A stretch of DNA of 64,000 nucleotides from Blastocladiella emersonii ATCC 22665 (lineage: Eukaryota > Fungi > Blastocladiomycota). Within the stretch, counting starts at the first letter, position 1. Each line of letters begins with the position of its first letter. The stretch lies in the NCBI GenBank assembly GCA_025594325.1, contig JANHCV010000001.1:3844001-3908000 (forward strand), in the 5' to 3' direction. Of the stretch, positions 57,073 through 64,000 are shown in pieces. Position numbers and translations under genes: made by a program. The notes beneath the pieces were generated by a model. That model did no database searches and had not been told where the DNA came from. It saw only the letters and a list, made by a program, of their open reading frames with translations.

Positions 57073-60000
57073 ATGGCGCCAAAGGCCGGTCGCTGCGTCA
57101 ACGACCACATGGTCGGGATCCTTCAGGTGTGTGTGGAACGAGACCGCCACAGCGCGCTTCCGTGGTTGACGATGACAGGCTCCTCTCCACAGGACAAGCT
57201 AGCGAATCTCCTCAAGGAGCGTCCGGACTCGAGGATGCGCTTTGTCTACGAGAAGGCTATCAAATCGATAAAGGAGCATCCGACCCGCCTCGCGAACGGG
57301 ACCGAGGCCAAGAAGCTCAAACACGTTGGCGACTTTGTTGCGAGAGTCATCGATGAGGAGCTCGGCAATCTTGGGGCGGACGGCGACGGCGTCGGTGCCT
57401 CGAGCTCGCAGCGCGGATCGGCCTCAGGTACGCCTTCCTGGGACACGCAATGCTCGATGCGATCTTGACCGCTTCGGACCGCTTATAGCCTCAACCTCGC
57501 CGCAACGCGCACCTGCGAAGCGGACCTCCTCGAAACGGCCGCCGCTCGAGATCCCGCCACTGCCGGACTTGACGTCTTCGCGCAGCAGCGCGGCTGCACC
57601 TCGCACGAATCTCTCCGCGGCTGCACACGCGCAGAAGGCGGCGTCTGAAATCTTTGCTCATCTCGGCAACCCACCTCGGCCCGAGTCCGAGTCCGAGTTC
57701 GACGACGATGACGAGATTGTTGCCGTCCAGCCGGTCCCGCGACCTCCCGCTGCTACTTCTTCTTCGTCCTCGTCGCCGGCTGCTGCCTCCTCAAACGGGC
57801 GCAAACGCTCGAATGCTGCTTCGACCGACTCGGCCGCCGCCGCCGAACCCGCCCCGAAACGCAGCCGCGGCGGCATCTCGCGGGCGAACCCGCCGATGCA
57901 GGGCTCGGTCCCCTACGCGCTCCTTATGGCCTTTCTCGAGTGGTCGGTCGAGACGCCTCCGCGCGCCATGGTCACGCGCGCCGATCTCATTCTGCGCGCG
58001 CGCCGCTTCTGTACCGCCAAGGTCGATAACCAGGCGACGGCCGTTATCAAGCGGCTGCGGGAACACGAGATGATCTCGTCAGACGAGAGCGGCAAACTGC
58101 ACTCGCTCACGGCGGCCGGCACCGACCTCGCCCGATCCATTTACCACGAGCTGCGCCGGCTCAACCGCGAGGTGCAGTCGATCCCCGCCCTCGACGGCGT
58201 GCCGCCACCCGCTCCGACTGTCGTTCGCCCCAGCACCTCGTCGTCGGCTTCGACGGGCGCAAGTTCATCAGCCCAACGTCCACCCCGTCCCGCTCCCGTT
58301 ATCGGTCCGTCGCCGCTCGACCGCTGGGACAAGGAGATGGAGGCGCAGTGGGAGGTGCCGTACGAGCTCGAGTCGCAGCCCCGCCCGCCGCCGTCAGCCC
58401 GCTCGCAGGAGGTTTCGGGTTCGCAGTCGAGCCAGCACCGCACGGGCACGCGCGGGCGCGACCTCCCCGCGAGCCAGTCCTCGGTCAAGTCGACGTCGAG
58501 CCAGGTCGTTGTCCTCGACGACAGCGACGACGACAGCATCGCGGGCGGCCGATCTACTCGGCGTCCGCCCGCGGCGCAGTCGTCCAGCGACTCGGACGAC
58601 AACCTCGAGATTCTCGAGCCGCGTCTCGCCACGGCTCGGCCGATCCTCGAGCAGAACCGGAACCGCTGCGGCCCGTCGCCCATGATCGATTCGCTCGGCA
58701 GGGCTGACGGTTGGCGCGATTCGTTGTTCATCAGCGAGCACCTGCAGCTCGGTTCCGCCGCCGCTCCGTCACCTCGATCTTCGCCGCCTCGGCCGCAGCC
58801 CGCGTCGCAGAAAAAGGCCAACGGCACGCAGGCGGCCTCGTCCAAACTCGCTGCCGCCGCATCGGCCGCAGCAGCAACTGCAGCTTCGCGTCGGCACGCG
58901 ACCGCGAGTCCGATGCCTCGCGCTTCCGCCTCGTCCCAGTCGCAGTCCAAGTCGCAGTCGCAGTCACACTCCCAGTCGCACTCCCAACCAGCACCCTCGT
59001 CACGTCCATCCTCGGCATCCTCTTCCCTCTCCCGCTCGTCATCGACCTCGTCGCCGCCGTCCTCGTCGCAGCCGTCCTCGAGCCAGCCGTCGAGCCAGAT
59101 CGCGCAGGCCCGCCTGATCTCGACGCCACCGCCGCCCGCGCCGCCCGCTGTCCCGACGTGGACCCCGTTCCGCATCAACGTGCTACCGCCCAACTCGTAC
59201 GACGTCGTCCTGCTCGTCGACCACCGCGAGTTTGCGTCCAAGGGCCACTCCGAGTCCATGGCGCGGTACCGCAACGAGTTCGGCGTCCATGTCGAGCAGC
59301 AGGCGCTCGCGATCGGCGACATGCTGTGGGTCGCGCGGCCGCGTCCCGGGACCGCCGCCGCCGCTGCCCGGTGCGGGTACGTTGTGCTCGACTACATTGC
59401 CGAGCGCAAGCGGCTCGACGACCTGTACAGCAGCATCAACGACAAGCGGTGGTACGAGCAAAAGGCGCGCATGCAGGCGACGGCGCTGCCGCAGATCACG
59501 TACCTGGTCGAGGCCGAGCCCAAGAACCACCAGGTCAAGGACAACGACGAGTCGAAGCGCAAGGCCGCGGTCACGGCCACGACCAAGGTCGTGGCGTGGC
59601 ACAGCATGAACCTGCAGACGACGCGGTCCGCCGACGAGACGGTCGCGCTGATCGCGCAGATGACCAAGTCGATTGCGCGGCTGTGGGCGGGCCGCCCCGT
59701 GTACTACCTGTCGTCGAACCAGTTTCGCTCGGCCGACGAGTGGGCCCAGTTCAAGTCGTACGGGTGCGTCGACCCCGCCGACGGCACGCTGCGGCCCGTC
59801 TCAGCCGACGCCGCGGACGAGTTCTGCAACACGGCGGCGAGCATCGACCGGTGCGTGCACTCGCCGCACCTGCTGTACGAGGACTTCCAGGCGCTGTTCG
59901 TCAAGCAGCCCCAGATCACGGTCCACACCTACCTTGTCAAGCAGCTCATGATGGTGAACGGCGTGACGGCGGAGAAGGCCACCTTCATCGCCAACTACTT

Positions 60001-60181
60001 CAAGACGCCGCGGGCGCTGCGCGACAACTACCAGGCGCTGGCCGAGGACGAGCGGGGCCTGTTCCTCAGCAACTGGAGCGAAGACTACGAGAAGGAGAAG
60101 CAGGTTCGCCTCACCACACAGCAAAAGATTGGGCAAGCGGTCAGCATCAAGATCGCCGAGCTCTTCTGTAAGCAGCGTTGA
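57073..60181 (+). CDS. MUS81: Structure-specific endonuclease catalytic subunit Mus81
   Basis: N-terminal HhH (YEKAIKSIKEHP..EAKKLKHVGD), winged-helix segment, ERCC4 domain VLLVDHRE..LAIGDMLW..IAERKRLDDLYSSINDKRWYEQK and C-terminal HhH. Introns 57127-57192 and 57428-57488. Confidence 0.93.
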
Positions 60182-60201
60182 TATACCAAACAATTGCATG
60201 T

Positions 60202-62723
60202 CTATAGCTCGTCTCCATTAGGCGGAGCAACAATCACAACTGGTGGCCCATCGCCGTCGCCGTCATCTCTCGCGAGCGACTCTGACGATGGCGTGCTGGT
60301 GATCACGAACACGGGCGGCGGCGCGTCCGTCTCGACGGGGCTGAGCGGCGGCGCGTCGTCGGGCAGCTGCAGGATTGGGATCGAGGGGACAGGGAGGCTG
60401 CCGGTGGCCGCGGGCGGCGGCGAGGGCGCCGTCAACGGCAGCGAGCCTTGCCGCCCATCGGCAAGTTCGGGCCGCGAGTCGCCTGCTGCTGCTCCTGGCC
60501 GTGATGCAGAATCGATGTCGCCGAGGCCGCCCTTGGGGAACGCGTCGAACCCGGACATGCCGATCGACTCGGACCGGCCGTCGTTGGACAGCGGGTACAT
60601 GCCGAGACCGCCGTCGCCGCCGCCCCCGTCTGCCGTGTCGAAGCCCGTGTCCGGGTCGCCGAACCGATCGCGGCCACCGCGGCCCCATCCGCCACGTCCG
60701 AACCCGCCGCCTTCGCCGCCGTCGTCGCGGAACCCGTTAGACGACGACGACCCAAACTCCTTGCGCAGGGACTCCTCGCGCTGCTGCTTGGCGGTGGCGG
60801 TGGGATCGTCGTCCTTGATGAGCCCGTTCATGCGCGCAAACAGGACGCGCAGGATACGCTCCTTGTCGGTCCACGCGAGGTCGGCAATGTCGATCTTGGC
60901 CGCGTCGGCCACGGACGGGAGCGGGTCGTCGGACTTGGCGGGGGCGGGGCTGGGGCTCGCGGAATCGGCTCGGCTCTCGCCGCCACCGTGCTCGGAGACG
61001 GTGGTCGCGGATATGGGTTCGGGCGACGCGGCGCCGGGTGCTGGACTCACGCCGTCGAGGTGCACGGCGTGCGAGGTGCGAGGCGTCGGCGTCCGCGGGA
61101 CCGGCTGGTTGCCGAGCGAGGCAGCGCGGCGAGCGAGGCGGGTGTAGTGGTCGATGCGTCGCTTGCGCTCGCCGGCGTGCTCGCGGGCGATCTCGCGGCG
61201 GACGTGGTCGAGGGCGTCCATGAAGAATCGCTCGACGTCGGTGCGCTGTTTGAGGATGTGGGCGGCGAGTCGCTTGATGTGGCGCATCTCCTGAGCCTTG
61301 CGGTCGAGGTTGAGCTTGAGCTGAGCGGCGACGCGCTTGATGTCGTCGAGTTCCTGGTGCGCCTTCTTGCGGAGGATCTCGCGCTCGACCTCGAACTCGC
61401 GGACGACGTGGCTGAGCGTCTGCTCGAGGGTGACGACCTTGGCCTCCATCTCGCGGATGATCTGGTTCTGGTTCTTGGCCGCGATGATCTTGTCGCGGAC
61501 GATCAGGTCGTTCATCTCCTTTTCCTGGACGAGCTGGGTGTTGTGGGTGGCGAGCTTGGCGTTCTGCTTGGTCAGGTCCTCGGTGGCGGCCATGTGCGAC
61601 TTGAGCGCCTCGACGAGCCGCACGTTCTCGCGGTACATGTCCTTGGTCGTCTCGTCGAGAGTGGCCACGGCCTCCTGGTGCGCCTTGGCCGCGAGCTCCG
61701 AGATGCGCCGGTTCGTCTCCTTCTGCATCCGCACCTTCTCCTCGAAGAACTTGCGCTCCATGCGCACCATGCTCTCCTTGAACCGGCGCTCCATCTCGGC
61801 CATCTGCGTCTTCTGCGACTCGATCTCCTTGAGCAGCTCGGCGCGTTTTTTCTACACAGGAAGCTGCGGGTCAGTATGCTGGCCACGGAGGGCGCAAAGG
61901 TGGGCGTACCTTGAAGTCCTTGACGGCCGCGACCTCCTGCTCCATGAGCCGGATCGCCGACTCCTTGTCGAGGATGATCCCGTTGAGTTCTACACAATAC
62001 CGCGTCAGCCAGGCCAAAGACGTCGCGGCGCGAGCGAGAATGCGTACCGTCAAGCTTGCGCGCGTAGCTGTTGTGGATCTCCTGCTTCTCGCGCTCGGTC
62101 TGGAGCTGGTTCTGGTCAATGGACGACCGCAGCGCGATGATCTCGCGGTCCTTGCGCTCCATCTGGTCGCGGAGCGCGCCCATGACTTCGATCTGTGCAC
62201 AGGTGCGGTCAGCAGTGAGTTTGGAGATGTCCGTGAAGAGCACACGCGTACCGCGTCCTTTTCTTGCTCGGTGCACTGCTGCTGCAGATCGGCGTTGGTT
62301 TGAATCCTATGCACCACCCCAATTCGTCATTACCCATGCCCATGTCACGACCCCACGCTCGACGCACAGGTTACTCAGCCGCTCCTTGTACAGCGCGAGC
62401 GCCTTGGACGTCGACTCGAGCGTGGTCGCGAGCGCGCGCTCGCCAACGGTCCCGTTCGCGAGTGCGTTGCGAGACCCGGCGATCCCGCGCATCGAGCCCG
62501 AGTTGGGCGCGTTGCGGACGGGCGACAGCATGGATTTACGGCGCGCGCCGAGCCGGGCGCTCCCACCGCCACCGTTCCGTGATGCATCCGCAGCAAGCGC
62601 GGCGGCGGTGGCGGCGGCCATGCCGGCCGAGGGCGCAGCTGGTGGACCGGTGCCCCCGCCCCCGTTACCGCTCGAGTTGAGCGCGCCGCCGGCTTTGGAC
62701 GCGCGTTTGACCGTGGAGGCCAT
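60202..62723 (-). CDS. BBOF1: Basal body orientation factor 1 (CCDC176)
   Basis: MERKFFEEKVRMQKE, LDETTKDMYRENVRL, KRLAAHILKQRTDVERFFMDAL and IDIADLAWTDKERILRVLFARMNG. Introns 62307-62367, 62193-62251, 61990-62047 and 61852-61909. Confidence 0.9.
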
Positions 62724-62836
62724 GGCGGGGAGATTGCATTTAGTGGTGGATTCGTGATCTGACTCAAGGGTCCTTAATTCACGGGATGGACTGACGTTGG
62801 AGGTGAAATGAAACGCGTCGCGACACGTCGCACGTG

Positions 62837-62857
62837 GTGCGAGACAGAGTGCGAGAC
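62837..62857 (+). promoter_or_regulatory. Tandem GTGCGAGAC x2 (12-bp period) upstream of BBOF1
   Basis: Exact copies at 62837-62845 and 62849-62857, 114-134 nt upstream of the ATG at 62723, within a spacer of only about 190 bp. Confidence 0.62.
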
Positions 62858-62914
62858 ATCCAGCGAGCTCTATCAAAAACGGCGAAAGTGTATATCCTAC
62901 TACTAAAAAACGAA

Positions 62915-64000
62915 TCAAGACGAAGACGAGGCCTCGAGCAGCTCCTCGTTGGTCGCGTCGACCGGGATCCCGTCGACGGCGGCAGCGACGCGCTTGAGGA
63001 GCGCGAAGAGGGCGCCCTTGTCCTCGGTAAAGTCGTTGTGGACGATGTTGATGAGGAACCATTCGCCGGCGAGCGCCTTGAGCAGAGCGTGCTCCTGGGT
63101 GTCGTTCTCGTAGAGGTTGGTCCACTGGTCCCACAGGGCAAACGCCTCGTCCTTCCAGGCCATGAACGAGGCGAGGTCGACGATCGTCGGCTGCACAATC
63201 TCCTTGCCGGGGAACACGCCCCAGGTGACGGCGTTGGGCGAGTCGCCGGCGTGGTTGGTGCGCACGTCGTCGCCGGCGCGGTTGACGGCGTGGTACGTGA
63301 TGAGCGAGTCCGGGTCGGTGTCGCGCAGCAGGGCGACGAGCGCGTCGAGCTTGGCGGGGCTGACAAAGAACTCGAGGTACGCCTTTTGGTACACGTAGCC
63401 GCCCTTGGGACCCCACCCGACGGTCGGGTCCGACGACTTGGCGCCGTTGACGGGCGGCTGCGAGTTGATGGTGAGGAACCCGCGCAGGTTGGCGGCGCCG
63501 AGCGCGTCGCAGATGAGCTTGGACTCGCCGGCGAGCGGCTGGTCGCACCACGGCAGGGCCTTGATCTTGCCGCGGCAGTAGTCGGCAAAGACGCGGTAGA
63601 CGTGGCGCAGCGTGGTCGGGCGGCCCCACGTCTTGAGCGACTCGGCGCGCGACAGCTTGAGCGACACGCCGTACCCGTCGAGCTCGCCAAAGGCCGGCGA
63701 CCGCGCGTCGCCCCACCGGCCGTTCGGGAAGTCGTCCCACGTCTCGGTGCGGTTCACGTACGAAAGCGTCCGGTGCCGCCAGAACACGGGGCGCACGTTC
63801 TCGCCGAGGCGCTTGGCGGACAGGGACTGATCCGGAGCAACGGGTTCCTAGGGCGCCGGTCAGTTGACGGTAACGACACGGAGATTCGAGCGAAAAACGT
63901 ACCGGATTCCACGGGAGCGGGCGTGCGGTCTCGAGCGCGGGCACGAAATCGAGGCCCTCGAGGATGAGGCGGACGGAGCGCTCGAGGTTCATGGTGTAGA
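62915..64000 (-). CDS. MTHFR: Methylenetetrahydrofolate reductase, C-terminal regulatory domain (5' part outside the window)
   Basis: ENVRPVFW..WDDFPNGRWGDARSPAFGEL, TINSQP, GWGPKGGYVYQKAYLEFF and NAVTWGVFPGKEIVQPTIVD. Intron 63848-63902. Confidence 0.95.

Noticed and set aside
62307-63992. 561-aa ORF appearing to fuse MTHFR-region sequence to BBOF1 exon 1
   Set aside because: It runs in a wrong frame across MTHFR, an intron and the intergenic spacer. MTHFR has its own stop at 62915 and BBOF1 its own ATG at 62723.

Overview
This is a gene-dense, GC-rich eukaryotic window with about 25 protein-coding genes and many short introns (mostly 53-76 nt, donors mostly GTACGC/GTGCGC, acceptors mostly TAG). 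I found no rRNA, tRNA, CRISPR array or intact transposon. Motile-flagellum genes (DNAJB13/RSP16, CFAP57, RSP11/ROPN1L, BBOF1) sit alongside fungal-type genes (STU1-type CLASP, MVP1, fungal DUF1365), which suggests a zoosporic fungus, probably Blastocladiomycota (inference only). Other genes are RPC2, alkaline ceramidase, ribokinase, HID1, Tubby, ASH2, a lysophospholipid acyltransferase, IMP1, PEX14, MED16, MUS81 and a partial MTHFR. The most striking unexplained signal is a tandem GTGCGAGAC element, with GAGAC cores 11-13 bp apart, lying about 110-180 bp upstream of all four motile-cilium genes; it is a candidate flagellar-regulon cis-element. Other highlights are a putative stathmin-like gene, an SGK3-type PX-domain kinase, two introns whose best in-frame donor is GC, an SGNH protein lacking its catalytic serine, and a DUF1365 protein with a CFA-synthase-like tail. 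All gene names come from motif recognition by eye; no database searches were run.
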